Below are positions 15,423 to 23,447 of a stretch of DNA of 32,000 nucleotides, piece after piece. The DNA is from Geotalea daltonii FRC-32. GTDB lineage: Bacteria > Desulfobacterota > Desulfuromonadia > Geobacterales > Geobacteraceae. The position numbers and the translations under genes are program-made. The stretch is from positions 900,001 to 932,000 of the forward strand of contig NC_011979.1 of NCBI RefSeq assembly GCF_000022265.1. The letters run 5' to 3'. The notes beneath the pieces were generated by a model. It was given only the letters and a program-made list of their open reading frames with translations. It was not told the origin of the DNA and did not search any database. Each line of letters begins with the position of its first letter. Position 1 is the stretch's first letter.

Positions 15423-18311
15423 ATGAAACAAACCTCTGATTACTACATCAAGAACCCGCTCATTCATAAAGATCGCCGGCTCGGCAAGTCCCCGTCCGAT
15501 TGGGTGAGTTCCTTTTCCTGCGAGGATCTGAAACCTCTGATCGTTTGTCGTGGACCGATCCGCAAGGAAGCTATGGATGTCTACGAGGAAATGGGCATTA
15601 CCCATTACGGTATACTGCTGTCGGAAAAAGATTCCATCGTTTACCCCAATGCTCTTGCCCCTGAACTGCGCCAGCTGACCGACTCCCGCCGCGTCCACCG
15701 CGTGCCTGACTACACCGGTGCCAGTAAGGAGGAGCGGGTCGAGCGTATCCATCAGATCATCAGTATTGCCAAAGACAACAGCTATGATTCTATTTTTGCC
15801 GGCTACGGTTTTATGGCGGAAGATGATGAGTTTGTCGCCGCAATCGAAGCTGCCGGTTTGAAGTTCATCGGTCCCTGCTCTGCCACCCAGGCAGGAGCGG
15901 GTAAAAAGGACGAAGCCAAACGTACTGCCCTGACAGTGAATGTCAGTGTCACTCCCGGTATAGATAACGTCACCGCCCGTACCTTACTCAAGAAACATCC
16001 GACAAGGGAAAAACTCCTGGCACTGGTCAAGTCCGACGGCTTCAAGTGCGACGAACAGGTGATCAGCAATCCTGATATCTCCCTGGAAGACCTGGCGGAT
16101 CAAATTCTCTATGCTTCCTATGTCAAAGGGGTGGACCTTTTTTCCATTGAAGAGCTCTGCGCACAGGTTCAGGCCGAAGTTGCCGATATGTTCAGGAAAT
16201 ATCCCCAAAGCCGGATTCGTCTTAAGGCAATTGGCGGGGGCGGCGGCAAGGGACAGCGAATTCTGGGCGCATCGCTGCTGCCGCTGAAAAAAGCCGACGA
16301 CAAGGCTATTGCTGCCGCTGCAGCGGAGGCTCCTACTCTGGTAAGGGAGATTCTCAATGAGGTCAAAGCCAACGGCATTGGCGACAATAAAAACGTCCTC
16401 ATCGAGCTGAACATTGAGCAGACCCGCCATAACGAGATCCAGCTGCTGGGCAACGGCGACTGGTGCATAGCCCTTGGTGGCCGCGACTGTTCCCTGCAGA
16501 TGCATGAGCAAAAGCTGCTGGAGGTATCGGTAACACAGGAAGGACTGATGGCGGCCATTGAGAGGGCCAAGGCAGCCGGCAACAAGAGCGAAGCAAAAGC
16601 CCTGGAGAGCGACCTGAAGGTCCTCAAGCGCATGGAAGAGGAATCGGAGCGTTTCGGCAGGGCAGTCGGTCTGGATTCGGCCTCAACCTTCGAATGTATC
16701 GTTGACCGCGACCGTCATTTTTTCATGGAGGTGAACACCAGGATCCAGGTTGAGCATCGGGTCACAGAGCTTTGCTACAACCTCAAGTTCACCAACCCCA
16801 AGGACAAGAACGACTTTTTTGTAGTCGAGTCGCTGGTGGAGGCCATGGCTTTGCTGGCACGGCACAAGGAGCGCCTGCCCAAGCCGGAGCGGCTCGTGCG
16901 GTTCAACGCTTCCGTGGAAGCGCGCTTGAATGCAACGGACGATTCCCTCTCGCCCCACGCAGGAGGCATGATCCGCTACTGGTCGAAGCCCATCGACGGC
17001 GAGATCCGTGACGATCAGGGCATCAGCATGCTCAACCCTGACACCGGCATCTTCGTCAAATACAAGGTGGCTGGAGCCTACGACTCGAATATCGCACTAC
17101 TCCTGACCAAGGGGGAGGACCGTCGCGACAGCTACGAGCGCATGTCAGAGGTTATTCGCAGCACCACCCTGCGTGGCAGTGACCTGGCCACCAACCTGGA
17201 GTTCCATTACGGTCTGGTCAACTGGTTCCTCGGCACCAATGTCATGGCAAAGCCCACTACACGTTTCGTTGTGCCTTATCTGACGCTGGTCGGCACCTTG
17301 AAGGAGGAGGCAAACAAGCTTGATCCGGTCTTTGCCTTCCTGCAGATGAAAAAGCATTATGCCAAACTCATAGCGGAACAGTTTCCCGACGATCCGAAGG
17401 TGGCAAAAAACATGTCGTCCCTGCTTGACCGCAAAGGCACCCTCATTACCCGTCCCATGGAAAGACTTCTCGGCGATCCCCATCTCTTGTCCGGCTGGTT
17501 GAGCATGAACACCAAGAATTTCCGCATTGACAACGGCAAGGTGGTCTGGCTGAGGAATCCACTCGGGGTACTCAACGACACCTATGACTATCTCCACATG
17601 TCATTCCGTCCCCATAAACCGGCAGCAGAGGTAATCTGGGGCCATGACAATGAACTCCTTCAGGAGGCTCTCAGTTTTTCCAGAACGCTCCGGGAGAAAC
17701 TCGGCCTGCAAAGGGACGAATATTTCCAGCTGTGTGAACTGCTGCAGAAGGACGAACCGCAGGGTGGCATGGATGCAGCGACGTGGGAGCAGGTGCGGTC
17801 GGCTCACTTCGGCTATGAAGCGGGACTTGAGCTGCTCGGCATGCTGTTCCTGGTCGGGGTTAACGTGAAGTTCTGGGATCTGCGTGTTGAAGAGGATCTG
17901 GAGATTACCATTCCCGAATATCTGACCGATCCTGATCTTCAGGCCCGCATGAAAAAGGTACTGGTCCCCCCACCGGCAACCAAGGCCGATGAAATCGTTT
18001 CCGTCTGCGGCGGCATGTATTATGCCCAGGAGGCCCCAGGCATGCCCGCCTTCGTCGAGGAGGGGATGCATTTCGATAAGGGGCAACCCCTTTACATCAT
18101 CGAAGTCATGAAGATGTTCAACAAGGTCAATGCGCCTTTTTCAGGCACCATCGACAAGATACTCATTCAGGGAGGGGACGGCACCATCGTTCAGAAAGGG
18201 CAGCCGTTGTTCAAGGTGACCCCGGACGAGAAATTTGTCGAGGTTGACCCCAACGAGATTGAGCGGGAAAAGCGCACCTTGACGACTAAATATCTAAAGG
18301 CGGTACTCTAG
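15423..18311 (+). CDS. Biotin carboxylase (ATP-grasp) fused to a biotin carboxyl carrier domain, unusually long (962 aa)
   Basis: Motifs AIGGGGGKGQRIL, RHNEIQLLGNGDWCIALGGRDCSLQMHEQKLLE, FFMEVNTRIQVEHRVTE, and C-terminal biotinyl motif IIEVMKMFNKV (Lys codon 18111-18113). GGAGA RBS 9 nt upstream. Confidence 0.88.
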   Translation: MKQTSDYYIKNPLIHKDRRLGKSPSDWVSSFSCEDLKPLIVCRGPIRKEAMDVYEEMGITHYGILLSEKDSIVYPNALAPELRQLTDSRRVHRVPDYTGASKEERVERIHQIISIAKDNSYDSIFAGYGFMAEDDEFVAAIEAAGLKFIGPCSATQAGAGKKDEAKRTALTVNVSVTPGIDNVTARTLLKKHPTREKLLALVKSDGFKCDEQVISNPDISLEDLADQILYASYVKGVDLFSIEELCAQVQAEVADMFRKYPQSRIRLKAIGGGGGKGQRILGASLLPLKKADDKAIAAAAAEAPTLVREILNEVKANGIGDNKNVLIELNIEQTRHNEIQLLGNGDWCIALGGRDCSLQMHEQKLLEVSVTQEGLMAAIERAKAAGNKSEAKALESDLKVLKRMEEESERFGRAVGLDSASTFECIVDRDRHFFMEVNTRIQVEHRVTELCYNLKFTNPKDKNDFFVVESLVEAMALLARHKERLPKPERLVRFNASVEARLNATDDSLSPHAGGMIRYWSKPIDGEIRDDQGISMLNPDTGIFVKYKVAGAYDSNIALLLTKGEDRRDSYERMSEVIRSTTLRGSDLATNLEFHYGLVNWFLGTNVMAKPTTRFVVPYLTLVGTLKEEANKLDPVFAFLQMKKHYAKLIAEQFPDDPKVAKNMSSLLDRKGTLITRPMERLLGDPHLLSGWLSMNTKNFRIDNGKVVWLRNPLGVLNDTYDYLHMSFRPHKPAAEVIWGHDNELLQEALSFSRTLREKLGLQRDEYFQLCELLQKDEPQGGMDAATWEQVRSAHFGYEAGLELLGMLFLVGVNVKFWDLRVEEDLEITIPEYLTDPDLQARMKKVLVPPPATKADEIVSVCGGMYYAQEAPGMPAFVEEGMHFDKGQPLYIIEVMKMFNKVNAPFSGTIDKILIQGGDGTIVQKGQPLFKVTPDEKFVEVDPNEIEREKRTLTTKYLKAVL

Positions 18312-18329
18312 CCTTCAAGAAAAGAAAAA

Positions 18330-18352
18330 GGGCTCCGAAACAAAGGAGCCCT
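18330..18352 (-). terminator. Intrinsic terminator for the minus-strand Zn-ribbon gene
   Basis: Stem gggctcc/ggagccc (18330-18336 / 18346-18352). On the minus strand it is followed by tttttcttttc (complement of 18319-18329). Confidence 0.65.
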
Positions 18353-18367
18353 TCGATAATCAAGTTG

Positions 18368-18389
18368 CCCCGCCTCCAAAGCGGGGTTT
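18368..18389 (+). terminator. Probable intrinsic terminator for the carboxylase operon
   Basis: Stem ccccgc/gcgggg (18368-18373 / 18381-18386), followed by tttgctgtt. The U-tract is weak. Confidence 0.45.
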
Positions 18390-18408
18390 GCTGTTAGTGG
18401 GCAGAGGC

Positions 18409-18618
18409 TCAGTGCAGATTGTAATCATCCCCTTCTACACATTCGGACTGGGCTTCGAGAAACGACTTTTCCTGGGGATCCTTGATGACCTCGGTTATAC
18501 CATGATTCACCGACCACATAGTCCCGCAGCTGGGGCACTCCATGATGTCTTCCGTGAAGCCGTCTGAATGAAGCTCCATTTCGCTGTGCTGCCGGCTTTT
18601 GCATACTGGGCATTTCAT
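18409..18618 (-). CDS. Small zinc-ribbon protein (69 aa), function unknown
   Basis: The track ORF starts at 18648. ATG at complement of 18616-18618 is preceded by AAGGAGA 5 nt upstream. MKCPVCKS...MECPSCGTMW gives two CxxC pairs, followed by an acidic tail. Confidence 0.6.
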   Translation of the reverse strand: MKCPVCKSRQHSEMELHSDGFTEDIMECPSCGTMWSVNHGITEVIKDPQEKSFLEAQSECVEGDDYNLH

Positions 18619-18740
18619 GGCTGTCTCCTTTCTCATTTCATGAAGCACCGATATGTTTAAATTTTATGTTCATCAGCTTAAAAATTGCAAGTGGATAAAA
18701 ATGAGCTCCACGATTTTCCTATCATGACAAGGAGAGCAAA

Positions 18741-20396
18741 ATGGGTATTTCAGAAGCAAAGAAGGGATGGCAGGAGAACACGGTCGCAAAGAATCTGGCC
18801 AAGGCGCCAGAGCGCAAGGCAGATTTCCGGACAACATCGGATATAGAGATGGAGCGCTGCTTCACCCCTGATTTTGAACTTCCAGGTTATGAAGACACGC
18901 TGGGGTTTCCCGGGCATTATCCTTTTACCCGTGGCGTACAGCCGACCATGTATCGGGGCCGCTTCTGGACCATGCGCCAGTATGCTGGTTTCGGCACGGC
19001 CAAGGAGTCGAACGAGAGGTACAAATATCTTTTGCAGGCTGGGCAGACCGGCCTCTCTGTTGCTTTTGACCTCCCGACCCAGATGGGCTACGATTCGGAC
19101 GCGGGCATGAGCCGGGGGGAGGTAGGCAAGGTCGGCGTCGCCATCGATTCCCTCGCCGATATGGAAGTTCTGTTTGACGGCATTCCGCTCGACAAGGTTT
19201 CCACCTCCATGACCATCAATTCCACTGCCGCCATTCTTTTGGCCATGTATATCGCCGTGGCTGAAAAGCAAGGTGTTTCTTCCGATAAGATTTCCGGCAC
19301 TATCCAGAATGACATCCTCAAGGAGTACATGGCCCGCGGCACCTATATCTATCCGCCAAAGCCTTCAATGCGCATAATCACCGACATCTTTGCCTACTGT
19401 AAGGATCATGTGCCCAAGTGGAATACCATCAGCATCTCCGGATACCATATCCGCGAGGCCGGTTCCAGTGCTGTCCAGGAAGTGGCCTTCACCCTGGCTG
19501 ACGGCATTGCCTATGTGGATGCAGCCATCAAGGCCGGGCTTGATGTGGATGAATTCGCTCCCCGACTGGCTTTCTTCTTCAACGCCCACAACAACCTCCT
19601 GGAGGAAGTGGCCAAATTCAGGGCTGCCCGCCGCATGTGGGCCAAGATCATGAAGGAGAGGTTCAAGGCAAAGAATCCCAAGTCATTGATGCTCCGCTTC
19701 CACACCCAGACGGCCGGCTGTACCCTGACAGCGCAGCAGCCCGACAACAACATCATGCGTGTGACTATTCAGGCTCTGGCTGCTGTCCTGGGAGGAACCC
19801 AGTCTCTCCATACCAATTCCCGCGATGAGGCACTTGCCTTGCCCACCGAAGACTCGGTACGGATCGCCTTGCGGACGCAACAGGTTATCGCCTATGAATC
19901 CGGGGTCGCCGATTCCATTGACCCCTTGGCCGGCAGCTTCCTGGTTGAGTCGCTCACCGATCAGATCGAGAAAGCGGCCTTTGACTACATCGACAAGATC
20001 GATAGTCTTGGCGGAGCAGTGGAAGCCATTTCCCAAGGTTTTCAACAGAAAGAGATCCAGGATTCGGCCTTTGCTTACCAGCGTGCCATTGAAACCGATG
20101 ACTTGATAATCGTCGGTGTCAATAAATTCTCTATTCAGGAGCCCCCCCCTGCCGGCCTGCTCAAGGTAAAGGAAGAGGTCGAGATCTTTCAGAAAAAGGC
20201 CTTGGCAGAGGTCAAGACAAAACGGGACAATGACAAGGTAAAGGCGGCACTGAAAAAGCTGGAAGAAACGGCAAAAGGTACCGACAACCTCATGCCGCAC
20301 ATCCTTGAAGCAGTCAAGGCCTATGCGACGCTAGGGGAAATTGCCGATGTCTTCCGTGAGGTTTTCGGCAAACACCGGGAAACGGTGGTGCTGTAA
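18741..20396 (+). CDS. Methylmalonyl-CoA mutase-type acyl-CoA mutase, large catalytic subunit only (no B12-binding domain)
   Basis: 551 aa. Motifs [86 protein letters not shown]. The protein ends right after the TIM-barrel/linker region ([25 protein letters not shown]). AAGGAGAG RBS. Confidence 0.9.
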   Translation: MGISEAKKGWQENTVAKNLAKAPERKADFRTTSDIEMERCFTPDFELPGYEDTLGFPGHYPFTRGVQPTMYRGRFWTMRQYAGFGTAKESNERYKYLLQAGQTGLSVAFDLPTQMGYDSDAGMSRGEVGKVGVAIDSLADMEVLFDGIPLDKVSTSMTINSTAAILLAMYIAVAEKQGVSSDKISGTIQNDILKEYMARGTYIYPPKPSMRIITDIFAYCKDHVPKWNTISISGYHIREAGSSAVQEVAFTLADGIAYVDAAIKAGLDVDEFAPRLAFFFNAHNNLLEEVAKFRAARRMWAKIMKERFKAKNPKSLMLRFHTQTAGCTLTAQQPDNNIMRVTIQALAAVLGGTQSLHTNSRDEALALPTEDSVRIALRTQQVIAYESGVADSIDPLAGSFLVESLTDQIEKAAFDYIDKIDSLGGAVEAISQGFQQKEIQDSAFAYQRAIETDDLIIVGVNKFSIQEPPPAGLLKVKEEVEIFQKKALAEVKTKRDNDKVKAALKKLEETAKGTDNLMPHILEAVKAYATLGEIADVFREVFGKHRETVVL

Positions 20397-20475
20397 AAAT
20401 TGGAGAGTGATGCAATTGATGCCTCTCCCAGGAGAACTGCTCCGATTGTAATGATTTTCGAAAGGGTAAATTTAT

Positions 20476-20880
20476 ATGCTTACAAAGATAAACCATATGG
20501 GTGTTGCTGTGAATTCACTGGCTGAAACCATTCCCTTTTATAGGGATCAGCTGGGTATGGCATTTAAAGGCACAGAAGAGGTCGAGGAACAGCAGGTGAG
20601 GGTTGCCTTTCTGGAGATCGGGGAGTCCAAGATAGAGCTTCTGGAGCCGACCAGTGCCGACAGTCCCATTGCAAAATTTCTTGAGAAAAACGGCCCCGGT
20701 ATTCATCATGTGGCCTATGAGGTAACGGATATCGTTGCTGCCATTGCAAAACTTGAATCGGACGGTGCACGGATGATCGACAAAACGCCGCGAAAAGGTG
20801 CCCACGGGGCGCGGATCGCCTTTGTTCACCCCAAGAGCAGCAACGGAGTCCTGACAGAACTTTGCCAGTCAAGCCATTAA
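20476..20880 (+). CDS. mce: Methylmalonyl-CoA epimerase (VOC/glyoxalase fold)
   Basis: 134 aa. Motifs INHMGVAVNSLAETIPFY, KIELLEPT, GPGIHHVAYEV, AFVHPKSSNGVLTELCQ. Size, motifs and position after the mutase fit the epimerase. Confidence 0.85.
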   Translation: MLTKINHMGVAVNSLAETIPFYRDQLGMAFKGTEEVEEQQVRVAFLEIGESKIELLEPTSADSPIAKFLEKNGPGIHHVAYEVTDIVAAIAKLESDGARMIDKTPRKGAHGARIAFVHPKSSNGVLTELCQSSH

Positions 20881-20910
20881 TAGTTTTAAAAGCTTGCGGT
20901 TCCCCAAAAG

Positions 20911-20938
20911 GAGAGGTCAAATGCGACCTCTCTTTTTT
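20911..20938 (+). terminator. Intrinsic terminator after the epimerase
   Basis: Stem gagaggtc/gacctctc (20911-20918 / 20925-20932), followed by tttttt. Confidence 0.85.
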
Positions 20939-20974
20939 AATTTTGTTCGCTTTTGAAACGTTGTTTGAAAATGC

Positions 20975-21002
20975 TTGACTTTTGTTTACAGAAAAGTATA
21001 TT
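20975..21002 (+). promoter_or_regulatory. Candidate sigma70-type promoter (distal)
   Basis: TTGACT (20975-20980), N16, TATATT (20997-21002). Confidence 0.4.
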
Positions 21003-21067
21003 AGCAAGCAAATATTATAGCTATCTGCTGTAATTGCTATGGTTTAAGGAGAATCTAATAAGGGTTC

Positions 21068-21096
21068 TTGACAAAATAGCTTGGCAGATATAGTAT
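21068..21096 (+). promoter_or_regulatory. Candidate sigma70-type promoter (proximal)
   Basis: TTGACA (21068-21073), N17, TAGTAT (21091-21096). Consensus -35 hexamer with optimal spacing. Confidence 0.55.
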
Positions 21097-21102
21097 CGCC
21101 AC

Positions 21103-21267
21103 AAATTAATGTAACAACTGGGTGTCAATGCCGTTATCAAACTCAACACAGAGCGATGTACAGCTTAACTCGCCGGTTGCCGCAACCAGCGGTGGGATGA
21201 ACCGTCGTCTGAATTGCTGTTGCAAGCCCTTGCCTGCCCTTTGAAAGGGCCGGGCCGGGGCTTTTTT
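21103..21267 (+). ncRNA. Candidate ~165-nt small RNA or terminator-containing 5' leader upstream of the porin gene (unclassified)
   Basis: Bounded by the predicted start site after the 21068-21096 promoter and by a GC-rich hairpin (21226-21261: gcccttgcctgccc / tttgaaa / gggccgggccggggc) followed by tttttt (21262-21267). There is no plausible ORF or RBS inside. The porin ATG lies 118 nt further on. Confidence 0.35.
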
Positions 21268-21385
21268 GTTTCCGGGGATCGTTTTTTAAACATAATCTCA
21301 AAAGAAAGGTGGTGGTGGAAGCTAAAGGTTGTTGTTGCAATCCCATGTTATCTCAATTACTTACAACAATGAAGGAGGCACAAAA

Positions 21386-22828
21386 ATGAATTTGAAGAAA
21401 AGAATTTTGGCAGTTGCCGCAGTGGGCGCCCTGACCGCAGCCACCGCAGTACCGGCCATGGCTTTTGAGAATGAGTTTCATGGCATGTATCGTTTCAAAG
21501 GGGTGATGTCTAACATCCAGAATGCTTCTGGTGCCCATTTTGCGGCAGTCAACGAAAATCCCAAGACAAAGACATTCCTGGAGCAGCGTGCCCGTCTGTT
21601 GTACAGTGCCAAAGCCAGTGACGACCTGAAACTGGTAACGCACTTCGAGTTGGACTACAGCAAGTTCGGTGATGAATCCTATTCGGTGAACAGAGGCAAG
21701 GGTGGTGCTCTGGGTGGCGATGAAATCAACCTGGAGACCAAAAACATCTATCTGGACTTCAACCTGCCTACCACCACGAAGGTCAATTTCAAGGTGGGTA
21801 TGCAGCCTTGGGTTGACTCATATGGTGGACTTTTTGTTAATGCCGATATGCCCGGAGTTCTCGCTTCCGCTAAATACGGCAGCTTGGCCAACTCTCTAGG
21901 CTTCTTCCGCTTTGACGACACAGGCAGCCTTGCCGGCAAAAATGCCAGAGATTTCCTGGTATTGGACTCCAAACTCAATGTAACGAAGGATTTCCGGTTG
22001 GGTGTGTCTTACTACCTTTTGAATGACGATACGAACAAGACCTCTGCAACCACAGTTGCGACTGCCACTGCTGCTTCAAAAGTCAACGATCCCAGCCGTA
22101 CATACTCCAACGCTATTATCCATACTCTTGGCGTCAATGCCGAGGCGAAAACGGGGCCGGCCACGATTACTGCCGGCGCAATGTATCAGTTCGGCAATAT
22201 CAACAACCCCTACTTTTATGAGCCATCAACAGTTGCCGGCAGCCCAGGTACATTTAACCGCTTCGCCAGCAACCACCTGAGCGCATTCGCTGGTTTTGCC
22301 GGTGCCAAGGTTGCAGCAGGTCCGGGTACTTTCAATGTTGTTGCTGCCTACACTTCTGGTGACAGCGATCCGTTCTCCGGAAACAACAATTCGTTCCAAA
22401 GCGTTCATAACACCAATAGCTCCGGTTTCTCCGAAAACACCTTTTATGGTGCGAACATGCACATCCTGCTTCGCTCCAAGTACGAGATCAACTCCGGTGG
22501 ATACATTATTGGATCTTCCAATAACTTTAGCCAGGGGATGACCATCGGTTCCCTGGGCTACGATATGAAATTCACCGACAAGCTCTATGGTAATGCCAAT
22601 CTCGGTTTCGGTGCTATTGCGCGGGATACCGGCGAGCACGACAGCAAGTACCTTGGCACTGAGATCAATGCTGAAGTTGGCTACAAGCTCGCCGACAACC
22701 TCAATGTCAGCCTGGTCGGCGCATTCATGAAACTTGGCGACTACTACGAAGGACAGGGTGGAGCTGCAGCCGGCGACAAACCCAACGATCCGTTCTACTC
22801 AACGGTGATGCTGAACTACGTATTCTAG
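21386..22828 (+). CDS. Outer-membrane beta-barrel porin (OmpJ-like, putative)
   Basis: The track ORF starts at 21329. ATG 21386 has GAAGGAGG 7 nt upstream. Signal peptide MNLKKRILAVAAVGALTAATAVPAMA. Alternating beta-strand pattern throughout. Terminal ...TVMLNYVF has an aromatic C-terminal residue typical of OM barrels. Confidence 0.75.
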   Translation: MNLKKRILAVAAVGALTAATAVPAMAFENEFHGMYRFKGVMSNIQNASGAHFAAVNENPKTKTFLEQRARLLYSAKASDDLKLVTHFELDYSKFGDESYSVNRGKGGALGGDEINLETKNIYLDFNLPTTTKVNFKVGMQPWVDSYGGLFVNADMPGVLASAKYGSLANSLGFFRFDDTGSLAGKNARDFLVLDSKLNVTKDFRLGVSYYLLNDDTNKTSATTVATATAASKVNDPSRTYSNAIIHTLGVNAEAKTGPATITAGAMYQFGNINNPYFYEPSTVAGSPGTFNRFASNHLSAFAGFAGAKVAAGPGTFNVVAAYTSGDSDPFSGNNNSFQSVHNTNSSGFSENTFYGANMHILLRSKYEINSGGYIIGSSNNFSQGMTIGSLGYDMKFTDKLYGNANLGFGAIARDTGEHDSKYLGTEINAEVGYKLADNLNVSLVGAFMKLGDYYEGQGGAAAGDKPNDPFYSTVMLNYVF

Positions 22829-22854
22829 AATGTTTCATCCTGGATGTTTTATCC

Positions 22855-22885
22855 GGCCGGCGGGGTTTCCTCGCCGGCTTTTTTT
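22855..22885 (+). terminator. Intrinsic terminator after the porin gene
   Basis: Stem gccggcg/cgccggc (22855-22861 / 22872-22878), followed by ttttttt. Confidence 0.85.
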
Positions 22886-22959
22886 ATTTGACAAGCTCAA
22901 ATATTTTGATTTAATTTTATTAATTATAATAGTCAACCGTAGACGGGGGGAACACAACA

Positions 22960-23244
22960 ATGCGGAAAATGACAGTGATGATTATGTCGACATTTCTTTT
23001 GGCAGTGGCCGGTCCGGCTTTTCCGGCAGAAATGACCAAGGGGCAGAAGGATGAATGTCTGCTGGCTTCGAAGAACTGCGCTTCCCAGGTGGACAGCATT
23101 CAGAAGAAGATAAAGAAGCTGAATGCCGAGATCAAGAAGGGGGATAAAGTGTATAGCCCCGAAGAGCTGAAGAAACTGGAGACCAAACTTACCGAGGCAA
23201 ACGATCTCCTCGATACCATGCTGGGATTGAAGGGCGGCAACTAA
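22960..23244 (+). CDS. Small secreted coiled-coil protein, hypothetical
   Basis: 94 aa. Signal peptide MRKMTVMIMSTFLLAVAGPAFPA, two Cys (ECLLASKNC), then a Lys/Glu-rich helix (IQKKIKKLNAEIKKGDKVYSPEELKKLETKLTEANDLL). It has its own terminator. Confidence 0.6.
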   Translation: MRKMTVMIMSTFLLAVAGPAFPAEMTKGQKDECLLASKNCASQVDSIQKKIKKLNAEIKKGDKVYSPEELKKLETKLTEANDLLDTMLGLKGGN

Positions 23245-23276
23245 GGCCATATCTTCATACGCATCGACCTTCATTC

Positions 23277-23303
23277 AAAGGAGAGGAAAGCTCTCCTTTT
23301 TCT
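23277..23303 (+). terminator. Intrinsic terminator after the small secreted protein gene
   Basis: Perfect 9-bp stem aaaggagag/ctctccttt (23277-23285 / 23291-23299), followed by ttctttg. Confidence 0.7.
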
Positions 23304-23335
23304 TTGCAAAAATCACACGTCCCCCCATTAAATCT

Positions 23336-23364
23336 TTGACTTGCACAATCCCGTCTGAGATAAT
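23336..23364 (+). promoter_or_regulatory. Candidate sigma70-type promoter for the 494-aa secreted protein gene
   Basis: TTGACT (23336-23341), N17, GATAAT (23359-23364). Confidence 0.55.
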
Positions 23365-23447
23365 CCAACCCGCTTCGGACACCCGCGCTGCTCAATACCT
23401 GAAGTTCCTTTTGCTTTGGATGAGAATCAATTTGACGGAGAATCTCC

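Noticed and set aside
13888-15423. 511-aa minus-strand ORF antisense to the carboxyltransferase gene
   Set aside because: It is a shadow ORF. It is entirely overlapped by a plus-strand gene with clear family motifs. Its translation is Arg/Gly/Ala-rich low complexity with no recognisable motifs and no RBS. Such long antisense frames are expected in GC-rich coding DNA.
18409-18618. MqsA-like antitoxin of a toxin-antitoxin pair
   Set aside because: Only the Zn-ribbon is present. There is no HTH domain and no adjacent small toxin ORF on either side, so a TA module is not supported.
21143-21346. 67-aa minus-strand ORF in the porin upstream region
   Set aside because: It overlaps the plus-strand promoter and terminator hairpin. 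It has no RBS and its sequence has no features. The region is better explained as non-coding RNA or leader.
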